From positions 1 to 31,061 of the forward strand of contig CBFFRP010000484.1 in NCBI GenBank assembly GCA_965644295.1: DNA of 31,061 nucleotides, in the 5' to 3' direction. Source of the stretch: Paraphysomonas bandaiensis (lineage: Eukaryota > Protista > Chrysophyceae). Position numbers and translations under genes: made by a program. The notes below the pieces were generated by a model. That model had not been told where the DNA came from and ran no database searches. It saw only the letters and a list, made by a program, of their open reading frames with translations. Positions 11,201-19,911 of this stretch are shown piece after piece (within the stretch, counting starts at the first letter, position 1; every line of letters begins with the position of its first letter).

Positions 11201-13646
11201 TGTTGTCATTAATGATATTGACGTTGACATGTCAGTTGATACCACACAACGAATATCTAAGGCCTCAGAAGACGAGTTCGATGGATATGATTTTGATTAC
11301 ATCCACTATCAGGGAGATAGGGAGGCTGGTGATCAGATAATGAGAAAGACGACTCCTAGCGATGATTTGGGATTGCAGGCTGACGAGTCTAATATTCCTT
11401 TAGCTGAGAGGGTGTCTATGAGTAGGCGAGTAAGACCTATTCGCGATTTTAATCGTGTAGTGAGAGTCATGCATGGCAGTGAGGAAAAACCTCATTGTGT
11501 AGTTAATGAGAGTGATGTGGATAGAGCCCTTCACGATGAGAGTGATGTGGATAGAGCCCTTCACGATGAGAGTGATGTGGATAGAGCCCTTCACGATGAG
11601 AGTGATGTGGATAGAGCCCTTCACGATGAGAGTGATGTGGATAAAACCCTTCACGATGAGAGAGTGTTAGATAGATCCCAGCTCAAGGAACGAAATGATA
11701 TGAGTGCAAAAGGAAGAATGAATCCTGCTAAAAAGGCAAGGTGTGCGAGAAAGAGGAATTTTCATGCAACTGATTCAGGTAAAATGGAATGTGATTCTCC
11801 GACTAAACGAAGTAAACCTCGTGCAACGTCATGCCGACCGAAATCTGTCCATCAAGCGAGGGTTCAACCTTACCGTCACTCCGTTCCTGTACGACGTTCT
11901 ACACGGCAGAAAACCCAAGTTCAGCGTTTATTATTTTATTTGGCATTAATATCAGCAGTCTATGAGCCTACTGTCTTAACAGCGGCGACGGATTCCAATA
12001 AACCTTTGTTTGCTGACAATGATTATGGTGATCATGTATATGCAGTGTTTGATGAACCTCAGTCATATGCCGACGCTTGTCGGTCAGAAGATTCAGAACA
12101 ATGGACTGAGGCAATGCAAGAAGAATTATCAGGTTTATCAGAACAAGGTACATGGGAAATTGTCGACAAGCCGCCTGATGCAAATTTATTGAGAACTAAA
12201 TGGGTGTTCAAGAAGAAAGTGAATAAAGAGGGCGAAGTTATTCGATATAGAGCAAGGTTGGTGGTTAAGGGTTATACTCAGGTACATGGAGTGGATTATG
12301 ATGAGACTTATTCACCTGTTGTACGTCACTCCACCTTGCGTATTGTATTAGCATTATGTGCACATTATGGATTGTATACTAAGCATTTGGATGTGCCGAA
12401 GGCCTTCCCACAATCCGATATTGATTATGAGTGTTATATGCATGCACCAACGGGAACCACACTTCCCAAAGGTAAATGTTATAAACTGTTGAAATCTATC
12501 TATGGTCTTAAACAGGCTAGTAGGTTATTTCATCATATGTTGTCACAATATCTTACATCTGTTGGTTTTACACAATGTGTATCGGACACGTGTGTTTATT
12601 ATTATCAGAATGGTGATGACTTTGCGATTGCATGTATATATGTGGATGATATATTTCTGGCAGCATCTAATATTGATCTTATATCTCAGTTTAGTAATGT
12701 TCTGCATGAAAAATTCAATACAAATGATTTAGGTCAAGTGGATTGGTTTTTGGGTATTCGTATTTACACTTCATCTGATAGACATACTATTCAATTGTCT
12801 CAGTCTCAATATGTACACAATATATTGGACAGTCTTCCTATTATCGATGATTTGAATACATCACCTATACCCATGGCACCCACTGCTGTTTTATCAAAAT
12901 CTATGTCTCCACAATGTGATGATGATAAATTATTTATGGAAACAGTACCATATAGACGTGTGGTAGGACAACTCATGTATTTAATGGTGTGTACACGTCC
13001 AGACATTGCTTTTGCTGTATGTACTGTGGCTAGATTTTTGTCTAACCCTGGTAGGCAACACTGGAACGCAGTACTGAACATTCTCAAATATTTAAAAGGC
13101 ACTACTGATTTACGGATAACATATAAGCGTCAAGGTGACGGACCACCTGCTATATCGGGCTTCTGTGATGCAAACTGGGCTACCTTTGATGTTGATAAAC
13201 GAAGGTCGCATACAGGGTTCGTCTTTTATCTCTCTGGAGGACCTATTGCATGGAAATCGAAGTTACAGACGTCAATTGCACTTTCTTCTATGGATTCTGA
13301 GTATTATGCCATGGGAGATGCGACCAAGGAGTCCATGTCGTTAGGAGATACTTATCATGAAGTTCATCAATTGCGTCAGTGTCATGATAGTAAGAAGTCG
13401 ACCACCATTTATGTGGATAATACATCGGCTATAAAGCTCGCTCAAAATCCGGTATTCCATAGGAGATCCAAACATATAGCGATTAGGCATCATTTCATTC
13501 GGCAATTACTAACAGACGGAATTGTGGATTTTCAGTATATTTCTACTCAGGATAATCTTGCCGATCTATTCACCAAACCGTTGGCGAAGCCTCTGTTTAG
13601 AAGGCTGCGTCGGCTTGTGGTTGGTGAATGTAATGGTTTACTCTGA
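8202..13646 (+). CDS. Copia Gag-Pol polyprotein, 1814 aa
   Basis: Zn knuckles CKYC-x5-H-x4-C and CYKC-x4-H-x4-C; RGG tract; protease FLLDGACFDH; integrase HVKLGH, YTDLKGP, FSDPGTEF, VERMNRT; RT RARLVVKGY, YGLKQAS, YVDD; RNase H FCDANWA, NLADLFTK. Confidence 0.97.
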   Translation: MPEVYTLPVRDNVQDLTKEQLKDLIPHLCRSAVAIKSWDTPGYPLSSDDFDDYRIHMIDLFRTALVYDVIDGSSVKLPLPAPDLDDDEADLIRLKRQIFDEKSQIVYSLICHTFKENIQGYAHMGRVLPGDGVSAWNGLEEYIEHTRSNTTHVDEKIRFYTMEQKRNESIDAFAKRIIDAADRLNVPMRDRKQILLKGYIDVTGHTHVRKMIRLNTATLNFEETLIHIRAIMATPEFRGSKKRKKEEPSVSHYCKYCNKMRKHTSNQCFKKPKHSTSTQRFKSTVQCYKCLQMGHYSNECPEDIMSNAEVPPIAQDGGAFRPPRNAAANGRGRGRSRGGGRGGRGGRGGRSSRSTGRDTIRTRSITNGSSSSTSNQQDGRHVQFVLPDDYDSEEDNGRKQRSVSMVLTYDIVHSCATPSLKKANLMNIDEIEFLLDGACFDHLVNDINYFQGELQLSNHFIYVADKHQLNSDGMGHVSYFGNVQFYPNLGRNLLSEGLMFEQGWRFQQLCNGDKIANFTGDGSRYTIHFKLESRYWVARLPIHAPLLCVGSSRVYETSTVPSLSSVINERSANMFNFDQKEVFTASISDLSEVIYTDTTLIPNNTTEQRIISKYVAWCPTTELKKDKNGEAFQNSKGDIPVKMPTGFVALTEDTSRRLRNDNSLVVTQSGCVPRTQFLSKTMYEFILLHVKLGHVAYSTLYEALRAGKLKGFPYSWRHIDISVLPACDIDKRCKSTKFPIPHHTRLRATHKGQILYTDLKGPMLVPGHRGHRYWMIFVDDKTTMSWIYFLKKKSDALVHGLKRLVLEHLRPQGISSFMLFSDPGTEFVNDEFLKYCIESNIRHVTTPTGNKRYSALVERMNRTVATKERCLRTYAGLPKMTWTLSAEFAMMMYVLTPLTQTLDSPWYLWYGTHPFIGKLHVYGCECYLHDLHFSSSKGGNPGELVRFVGYTPHSLSTFKVYRPRTGRVIESTDVRFIETPLKLVSPFGRMEVLHDESDDDVVINDIDVDMSVDTTQRISKASEDEFDGYDFDYIHYQGDREAGDQIMRKTTPSDDLGLQADESNIPLAERVSMSRRVRPIRDFNRVVRVMHGSEEKPHCVVNESDVDRALHDESDVDRALHDESDVDRALHDESDVDRALHDESDVDKTLHDERVLDRSQLKERNDMSAKGRMNPAKKARCARKRNFHATDSGKMECDSPTKRSKPRATSCRPKSVHQARVQPYRHSVPVRRSTRQKTQVQRLLFYLALISAVYEPTVLTAATDSNKPLFADNDYGDHVYAVFDEPQSYADACRSEDSEQWTEAMQEELSGLSEQGTWEIVDKPPDANLLRTKWVFKKKVNKEGEVIRYRARLVVKGYTQVHGVDYDETYSPVVRHSTLRIVLALCAHYGLYTKHLDVPKAFPQSDIDYECYMHAPTGTTLPKGKCYKLLKSIYGLKQASRLFHHMLSQYLTSVGFTQCVSDTCVYYYQNGDDFAIACIYVDDIFLAASNIDLISQFSNVLHEKFNTNDLGQVDWFLGIRIYTSSDRHTIQLSQSQYVHNILDSLPIIDDLNTSPIPMAPTAVLSKSMSPQCDDDKLFMETVPYRRVVGQLMYLMVCTRPDIAFAVCTVARFLSNPGRQHWNAVLNILKYLKGTTDLRITYKRQGDGPPAISGFCDANWATFDVDKRRSHTGFVFYLSGGPIAWKSKLQTSIALSSMDSEYYAMGDATKESMSLGDTYHEVHQLRQCHDSKKSTTIYVDNTSAIKLAQNPVFHRRSKHIAIRHHFIRQLLTDGIVDFQYISTQDNLADLFTKPLAKPLFRRLRRLVVGECNGLL
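11506..11680 (+). repeat. 30-bp in-frame tandem repeat (ESDVDRALHD x5 plus a degenerate copy) in the INT-RT linker
   Basis: ATGAGAGTGATGTGGATAGAGCCCTTCACG repeats every 30 bp from 11506. Confidence 0.95.
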
Positions 13647-14007
13647 TGTTTTTTTTATCTCCTGAAATGTGTAGTGTACCTATATACGAGTATTGTTGTA
13701 TGTTTTTACATATTGTATCTATATAAGAGAATGTTCTGTGTGTGTCCTATCCATCTATACAATAAGTCATGTTGAGGTATGACTAGACGGGAGCGTAATT
13801 GGTGTAGACGGTTTACCCGTTGACCTTGTGCGTCTACTTATATTGAAATATGGGCATTATGTTTACTGATATAAATACCTGCTTATGTTTTTTTTTTCCC
13901 ATTAAGATGAGAATTTGGGTTTTTATTTATACAAAGGTATAGTTGAAGTTGATCTACATGGTTCTACTGACTGAAGAAAGTTCTACACTCTGTATCCTGC
14001 GCACGCT

Positions 14008-14021
14008 AGGATATAGGGAGG
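14008..14021 (+). promoter_or_regulatory. Polypurine tract
   Basis: AGGATATAGGGAGG ends 1 nt before the 3' LTR. Confidence 0.8.
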
Positions 14022-14022
14022 C

Positions 14023-14353
14023 ACTTGGATTGTGATATCCTGCGTACGGTAGTACACTGTACTGCAGTACACTGTACAGTAGTACATGGTACACAGGTAC
14101 ACAGTACAGTGGTATACAGTACAGCGGTATACAGTACAGAGTATACAGTCATGGATAGTATACAGTGTCATGCATGATATATAGTACCGTATAGAGTATA
14201 CTATACAGTACGACGTAGATGTTGGATTCAGTGTAGTACACCGAGGGCTGATTTTTGCCCTTGGAGTCATTTTGTTAGACTGATGTTATTTGGTCGCTTT
14301 GTAGATCAGCTCATAATTAAGCATTATTCGCTTTTCTGTTTCTCTTGCTTACG
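14023..14353 (+). repeat. 3' LTR, 331 bp
   Basis: Direct repeat of 7829-8159. Confidence 0.95.
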
Positions 14354-14398
14354 ATATAAAACAATTTAAAAAAATATTATATATATATATTATATATC

Positions 14399-14566
14399 AT
14401 GCCTGGAGAGATTAAAAGAAAGTGTAAACATTGTGATAAAACTATAAAACGAATAAACAAAGATTGGGAGTCAAGAGAATATCATAAGAAATGCTATAAA
14501 GAGATTGAAGAGATGAAGTCGATGATTATGAATATGGAGAAATATAAGAAGATGTATGATCTATAA
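14399..14566 (+). CDS. 55-aa Zn-binding mini-protein, absent from the ORF track
   Basis: MPGEIKRKCKHCDKTIKRINKDWESREYHKKCYKEIEEM... contains CxxC-x16-HxxC. ATG follows a long TATATA tract. Confidence 0.75.
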   Translation: MPGEIKRKCKHCDKTIKRINKDWESREYHKKCYKEIEEMKSMIMNMEKYKKMYDL

Positions 14567-14628
14567 ATTCTGTTGTTATTATGTTAGTTAGTATTATATA
14601 TACATATGTATATGTAACGTTTTAAAAA

Positions 14629-14952
14629 TTAATAGCCTTGTTCAGGTTTGATATAAGTGCCGTGTGAATCATCATATTCTTTTAATAGTTTTTGTCTTTT
14701 CTCATAAGCTTTAGTTTTTTCAAGTTGTTCACTTGGTAAGTTTCTATTAATAGGATTCTTATAATATATTTGTTGTCTTTCACTGAGAAGTTCAACTTGT
14801 TTTTTTCGTTTCTGTATTTCTAAGTCTTTGATCAAGGCTTTGTATCCTTCAATTTGTTTTACTATGTTTGATATTTCTGTTTGGACTTGAGGTTTCTTTG
14901 TCTTTGGTATTGCAAAGAGTTCATTTTTTAAACAAATAACAAAATCGCTCAT
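14629..14952 (-). CDS. Hypothetical viral protein with coiled coil, 107 aa
   Basis: Clean ORF with viral composition and TCTATTATATA upstream. Confidence 0.7.
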   Translation of the reverse strand: MSDFVICLKNELFAIPKTKKPQVQTEISNIVKQIEGYKALIKDLEIQKRKKQVELLSERQQIYYKNPINRNLPSEQLEKTKAYEKRQKLLKEYDDSHGTYIKPEQGY

Positions 14953-14987
14953 CTGTATATAATAGATTTAGAAATTGTTTTATATAT

Positions 14988-15671
14988 TTATTTCCCGAAT
15001 TTTTTACCAGGTTTTAAATATTTCAATTCATCTGTATTATGAGACCTCAAAAGATTATTAGTTCTTGAATTAAATACATGTGATTTATTATCATTGGAAT
15101 TGAAATGATTCAAAGATGATACAGGGTCATTATGTGTTTTAATATCTATTTGATTGTCATTAGTTCTTCTTGTCATTTCTAAAGGAGATATTGCCTTATT
15201 AAATGTAATAACGTTTTTCGAATTCTTCCCTACTTCCTCTGCAACGAGGCCACCTAAAGAATGTCCTAAAGTGTGCATGTTTTCAGTTCCATATTTCTTT
15301 TCTGCTTTCTTTTGTATCTTTTTAGCATGCTTAAATCTATTTCCTCTATGTCCAAATAATAAGCCTGTATCAGTTAATACATCTTGTTTAGAGTTTGTCC
15401 CACGATGAACAACAACGGGCATATTGTTTTCTTCATCATAATAAACTTTTGTTCTATTTCCAGATAAATGCTTATCAACTTTAAAATTACCTACATCTTT
15501 GTTTTTTTTGTTATATGAAGACTTTAATAACTTTCTTGTTTCATCTGCCGTTAGAGTGCCACCTTTCATTTCATAATATAATGCTTTGCACACAGGATCG
15601 GACAAGGCTTCATTATACTTCATATTATTTTGTTCGCTGTAATCTTTTACGTGTTGTATCCATTTTGACAT
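14988..15671 (-). CDS. Alpha/beta-hydrolase (class 3 lipase-like) with N-terminal extension
   Basis: VVHRGT oxyanion motif, GHSLGG nucleophile elbow, NDPVS (Asp) and RSH (His). Likely start MSKWIQHVK at 15671. Confidence 0.88.
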   Translation of the reverse strand: MSKWIQHVKDYSEQNNMKYNEALSDPVCKALYYEMKGGTLTADETRKLLKSSYNKKNKDVGNFKVDKHLSGNRTKVYYDEENNMPVVVHRGTNSKQDVLTDTGLLFGHRGNRFKHAKKIQKKAEKKYGTENMHTLGHSLGGLVAEEVGKNSKNVITFNKAISPLEMTRRTNDNQIDIKTHNDPVSSLNHFNSNDNKSHVFNSRTNNLLRSHNTDELKYLKPGKKFGK

Positions 15672-15802
15672 ATCACTACTATATATATTACACATATATA
15701 ATAAAATAAAATAGTTTTATAATGCAATTAATAGAATTGGGAATATTCTTTGAATGACGATTTTAACTAGAATTTCAACAATCAAAGACTTAATAAAAGA
15801 CT

Positions 15803-16342
15803 TTAAGAAGCTTTCATCGTCATTGAAAAAAAATTTCTAAGTCTTGTTGCTAATCTTCTGAATATGTTACTTCTTTTAACTTTATGCATTACATTATTAA
15901 TACTATGTAATAAGTATGTTTCATCATTGTTAAAATATGGTTTCATTAGTTCAACAACAGCTTCCATTTTCATAGTGTTCCTTTGTTCTTTATCACCATA
16001 TATAAAAAAGTATTCAGCAATATCTAAGACAGCCACTAATAATTCACTATCATATTTATTGCTTCTTGGATCAAGAGGCTTTAAAGTTTCCTTCAAGTTT
16101 TCTAAGAACACAGCTTTTTGATTATCTAGTTTATACTTCTTTCTTAAGTTTCTGTATGATTTAAGCCGCTTAAGATTGTGATTGTAAAGTGTTTTTGGAG
16201 GCAATTCACGCATTGATTCTTGCTTTTGAATAACAGGAGGAGCCTTAAATGAATCAAAAGGATTTGAATCAGATTCAACAATTGATTTATATGTTTCAGG
16301 CATCGCGTCTGTTGGTTTACTGGGAGTAGTCAATTTTTTCAT
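15803..16342 (-). CDS. Hypothetical viral protein, 179 aa
   Basis: Clean ORF with TATATATAG before the ATG. Confidence 0.75.
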   Translation of the reverse strand: MKKLTTPSKPTDAMPETYKSIVESDSNPFDSFKAPPVIQKQESMRELPPKTLYNHNLKRLKSYRNLRKKYKLDNQKAVFLENLKETLKPLDPRSNKYDSELLVAVLDIAEYFFIYGDKEQRNTMKMEAVVELMKPYFNNDETYLLHSINNVMHKVKRSNIFRRLATRLRNFFSMTMKAS

Positions 16343-16401
16343 CTATATATATATAAATTGCAGATTTAAAAAATTATATAATTCTTTAACACAAATTAAA
16401 A

Positions 16402-16896
16402 TTATTTCTTTAAGTCATTTTCATAGATTTCTTTAAATCTTCTTTTCAATATCTTCACATTCTTCTCTGTGTTACTTGTATCAAAAGGTTTAAGAAATAA
16501 GTTTAAATGATAACCTAAACTTCTTATATCATCTTTAAAACTTCTTAGATTATTGAAATGATAAAGAAAGTAAACACAATAAAAACCACAAGAAGTATCT
16601 TTCACACCTTGTATATGATCACATGAATATATTAACTTCTTCTTATTACAAAAACTTATAACTTCTCTAGGGGGTGCGAGTCCATATGAATCAAAATATA
16701 CACAAGTTTTTTTAAAACACTTCAAAGCTACCCAATGAGAACCCATACCTTTATCACTATCTTCTAAGTTTATTATATAGTTTCCATTGTTCTTAGCTTT
16801 ACCTAATAACTTATTCTTACTCACTATTTGATTAAGATTAATGCCTTTCAACATAAGATAATGTGTTAAATCTCCATTGGTTGTTGTATAATCCAT
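16402..16896 (-). CDS. Adenain-like (clan CE) cysteine maturation protease
   Basis: IINL...GSHWVAL, YFDSYG and IQ...SCGFYC give the H-D-Q-C catalytic order of adenovirus/Polinton/virophage proteases. Confidence 0.92.
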   Translation of the reverse strand: MDYTTTNGDLTHYLMLKGINLNQIVSKNKLLGKAKNNGNYIINLEDSDKGMGSHWVALKCFKKTCVYFDSYGLAPPREVISFCNKKKLIYSCDHIQGVKDTSCGFYCVYFLYHFNNLRSFKDDIRSLGYHLNLFLKPFDTSNTEKNVKILKRRFKEIYENDLKK

Positions 16897-16913
16897 TATA
16901 TATTACATTTACA

Positions 16914-17696
16914 TTATTTTTTCTTTCCACAATGAGGACAATGACAACAAGTATTAGGTAAAGTAAGCATTACAGGGTCAAACCCAGGGTGTCCCGCTCT
17001 AACTAGATTACTTCCATCGTCTTTAAGTTTAACGGGTTCCTTTCCTTTGTAATCCACTTCTACTACTCCAGCACCTAATGTTCTAAATGATGAGCCAGTC
17101 AGTTTCTTTTTAACTTTCTTTACTTGCTTTGATGGAAGATAAGGATTACCACTTCCTTTAGTTGGAGGAGAATTTGAAGATTGATTTGCATGTTCTCTTA
17201 GTGCATTAAAGTCATTTACAAATTGACTTTTTTTCTTTTCATCTTTTCTATCTTCAATATGATCAACACCACTTCTAACTAACTTATCACCTAAACGGGT
17301 TGTAGTATTCAATAGATTATATGAATCACTAACAACGGGAATACCTAAATCACCAACAACAGCAAAATCATTGACAGTGTTTTTAACCTTTCTTGAAGTA
17401 TTTTTAACCTTTCTTCCTAAGTTTGGGTCTTTGAATGTCTTTTTAACTTGTTTCTTAGTCTTATTGAAAGCACTTCTAATGTTTTGTTTTAGATTACCAC
17501 CTTCAATTTCATTATCGTCTAATGTTAGTCGCATTCCTTTTGACTTATTATAAGAGTTTTCAAGTTTTTTTAAGTTCCTGTCAGATAAAGCAACTGGAAA
17601 GCCGAAGCCGATTTGGTCTGGTCTAACTTGTATATTGTGTTTGTTTGATAACTTTCTTAATTGAGTTTCAGATAGATTGAGTTTTACTTGATGCAT
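16914..17696 (-). CDS. Basic virion core or cement protein candidate, 260 aa
   Basis: Lys-rich; lies between the MCP and protease genes; has an IEGG site and a C-terminal CCHCPHC. Confidence 0.6.
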   Translation of the reverse strand: MHQVKLNLSETQLRKLSNKHNIQVRPDQIGFGFPVALSDRNLKKLENSYNKSKGMRLTLDDNEIEGGNLKQNIRSAFNKTKKQVKKTFKDPNLGRKVKNTSRKVKNTVNDFAVVGDLGIPVVSDSYNLLNTTTRLGDKLVRSGVDHIEDRKDEKKKSQFVNDFNALREHANQSSNSPPTKGSGNPYLPSKQVKKVKKKLTGSSFRTLGAGVVEVDYKGKEPVKLKDDGSNLVRAGHPGFDPVMLTLPNTCCHCPHCGKKK

Positions 17697-17810
17697 TATA
17701 TATATTATGTTGAGATAATAATTAGTTTATATTAAATATTATCATGCTAAAAATCTTTTGTATATTCTTTTTCCTGTTGCTACCGAATGATTTCAAAGAA
17801 GATATTAAAA

Positions 17811-19520
17811 TTAAGTGTCTTTGGACTTTTTATATTCTACTCTTTTTCCTGTTGCTACTTCAAGTCCGAATGATTTCTCTTGTTCTACAAAAATATTGAA
17901 ATCAAGAGGCTTAGGACTTGATATATTACATTCAAGCTGAATAGATAAGGGGACGCTTTCGTCGTCAGTGTGTTTACGTTTTAGGTCAACTACGATATAA
18001 CCGTATGTGTTAATGAAGTCTTTTAAATTGATTCTTGAACTACATAAACCAGTCGTTAAGTTAAAATTTACTCCATATTTACCATTTAACTCTCTCATAA
18101 ACATATCATATGAATAATTAATTTGATTAGGATATAAATTAGTTGATGATACTTTAACTTGAAAATTTTGAATGGTATAGGGACTACATGTTGAGGGCTC
18201 AGTTGTGAAAGGTGATTGAAACGGGTGAATTTGATTTGTTCCATTGCCTGACGAACTAATAAACGGACAAATTATCATCCTCTTTGCGTATGATATACCA
18301 TTTGTAATCAGTTCATTAATTTGACCGGTCTTGTTGAAAAGTTGGAACAAAACGGTATCATTATAAATAACTTGTTTTTGTGGACTCTCTAAATATCTTT
18401 TCTGTAGAGCAGGTTTCATTATATAAGAAGGAATGTGAAGGAAACAGTTTTGTTCCTTACATGGAGTAACATTAAGTGTATTATGTGGGTAAAATTGAGG
18501 TTTTGCTATGTTACTACTAATTGTTAATACTGTTCCATCTGGAATTGTATAACCTCCACAATATACAGCGTTCGCAGTTGCTTCGTTATCAGCACCACCA
18601 AGTAAACTGTTATATCGAGAACTTGAAACCATTAAGGGATTAGTTCCTCTTCCGTTAAAATCTGCTGGAGAAAATGATAATGTGTCGTTATCTGTTTTAG
18701 TCACTTTGAATATACACTGATTAAAATTTGCTGTTATTTTGAAAAGACCACCTTTCATGGGAGGAGATTTCTCAAATATACTTGAAAGATCTTTAAGACG
18801 AATGATAGCAGTGTAATAATAGGCTTTATATGTTGCAGCATTCACAACATAATTACGATTCATTTCTTTAATTTTTTCATTATCACCCACTACCAAATTT
18901 CTTTTAGATTCATTGACAGTATCAACAACTTTATTAAAATCTTGTTGTCTTTCATACATTCCTTTATTACATTTATTGATGTAATCAATACCATTTAAAT
19001 GATTTATAGCGTTGTTATTATTCATTAATCCGTTAGCTTCATTGTAGCTCCATGAATCCGATGTGTCTTTAGCGTATCCTATTGTTGGTCCGTTTACATA
19101 TTCATCATCTAATGACATTTCTGAATGTTGTTTAAAGATTAAGTATTGATTAATATTTCTTGTCTCTTGAATTCCTGCTTGATTTTGATATTGAATAGAT
19201 ACTGAATCTATCATATTTAAACTTGAATTCTTCCTACATAGTAACAAATCACTCTCCTTTATGTGCGCTGCTGTAAAGTCAACGGGATTGCCACCGTTTA
19301 CACGAGTCACAACATCCACCATTGGAATTGTAATAAATCCATTTTTGTAATCACATATTTTTCCATTGTTACTAAGTGTAGTAGTTTCAAATATTGTTTG
19401 ATTGCTTGAATAATTGCCTGAAGTTTGTAAATCACTCACTTTGCTATAATCCCACTCCACAAAGTCACTTACATTCTCATGTGCTTGTTCAAAAGATTGG
19501 TCAACTATTGCCTTGTCCAT
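17811..19520 (-). CDS. Major capsid protein (double jelly-roll expected), 569 aa
   Basis: Size, beta-rich composition and position in the protease/penton/ATPase block. GNYSSNQTIFETTTLSN, PFQSPFTTEP and YGYIVVDL resemble Polinton-like/MELD MCPs as recalled, not searched. Confidence 0.82.
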   Translation of the reverse strand: MDKAIVDQSFEQAHENVSDFVEWDYSKVSDLQTSGNYSSNQTIFETTTLSNNGKICDYKNGFITIPMVDVVTRVNGGNPVDFTAAHIKESDLLLCRKNSSLNMIDSVSIQYQNQAGIQETRNINQYLIFKQHSEMSLDDEYVNGPTIGYAKDTSDSWSYNEANGLMNNNNAINHLNGIDYINKCNKGMYERQQDFNKVVDTVNESKRNLVVGDNEKIKEMNRNYVVNAATYKAYYYTAIIRLKDLSSIFEKSPPMKGGLFKITANFNQCIFKVTKTDNDTLSFSPADFNGRGTNPLMVSSSRYNSLLGGADNEATANAVYCGGYTIPDGTVLTISSNIAKPQFYPHNTLNVTPCKEQNCFLHIPSYIMKPALQKRYLESPQKQVIYNDTVLFQLFNKTGQINELITNGISYAKRMIICPFISSSGNGTNQIHPFQSPFTTEPSTCSPYTIQNFQVKVSSTNLYPNQINYSYDMFMRELNGKYGVNFNLTTGLCSSRINLKDFINTYGYIVVDLKRKHTDDESVPLSIQLECNISSPKPLDFNIFVEQEKSFGLEVATGKRVEYKKSKDT

Positions 19521-19570
19521 ATTGTATGATATATATACTTAGATTATAAAATATTTTATAATAAATTATT

Positions 19571-19870
19571 CTATACTTTTAAATTAGCAAATTTTTTTAA
19601 TCTTTCCATTGATACATTGTTTACACTCTCAAATAACTCATCTTTAGTTCTCTCTTGTCCTTTCCCTTCTGTTCTTGGTTTCACCTTAATACTCATTAGT
19701 CTATCACTCAAACTTATATTAGGTTTCTTTGTGTTTTCTACTTTCTGTTTATGTTCAATAATTACGTCTTCTTTTATCTTATCTTCTTTTGCTTCTTCTT
19801 GTATTTCTTTTCTATGAGAAGGAATCACTTGTCTTCTCATCATTCCACCTATCATTTTATAATATGACAT
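19571..19870 (-). CDS. Hypothetical charged protein, 99 aa
   Basis: Clean ORF between the penton and MCP genes, with MIGG near the N-terminus. Confidence 0.7.
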   Translation of the reverse strand: MSYYKMIGGMMRRQVIPSHRKEIQEEAKEDKIKEDVIIEHKQKVENTKKPNISLSDRLMSIKVKPRTEGKGQERTKDELFESVNNVSMERLKKFANLKV

Positions 19871-19911
19871 CGTATATAATAGTATTATATAAAAAAATAT
19901 ACTATTTCGTT

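Larger units (their letters stand above)
7829..14353 (+). mobile_element. Full-length Ty1/copia LTR retrotransposon inserted in a viral intergenic spacer
   Basis: Two 331-bp LTRs, identical by eye. ATATA target-site duplication (7824-7828 and 14354-14358). PBS, PPT and a single gag-pol ORF in PR-INT-RT-RH order. Confidence 0.97.
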
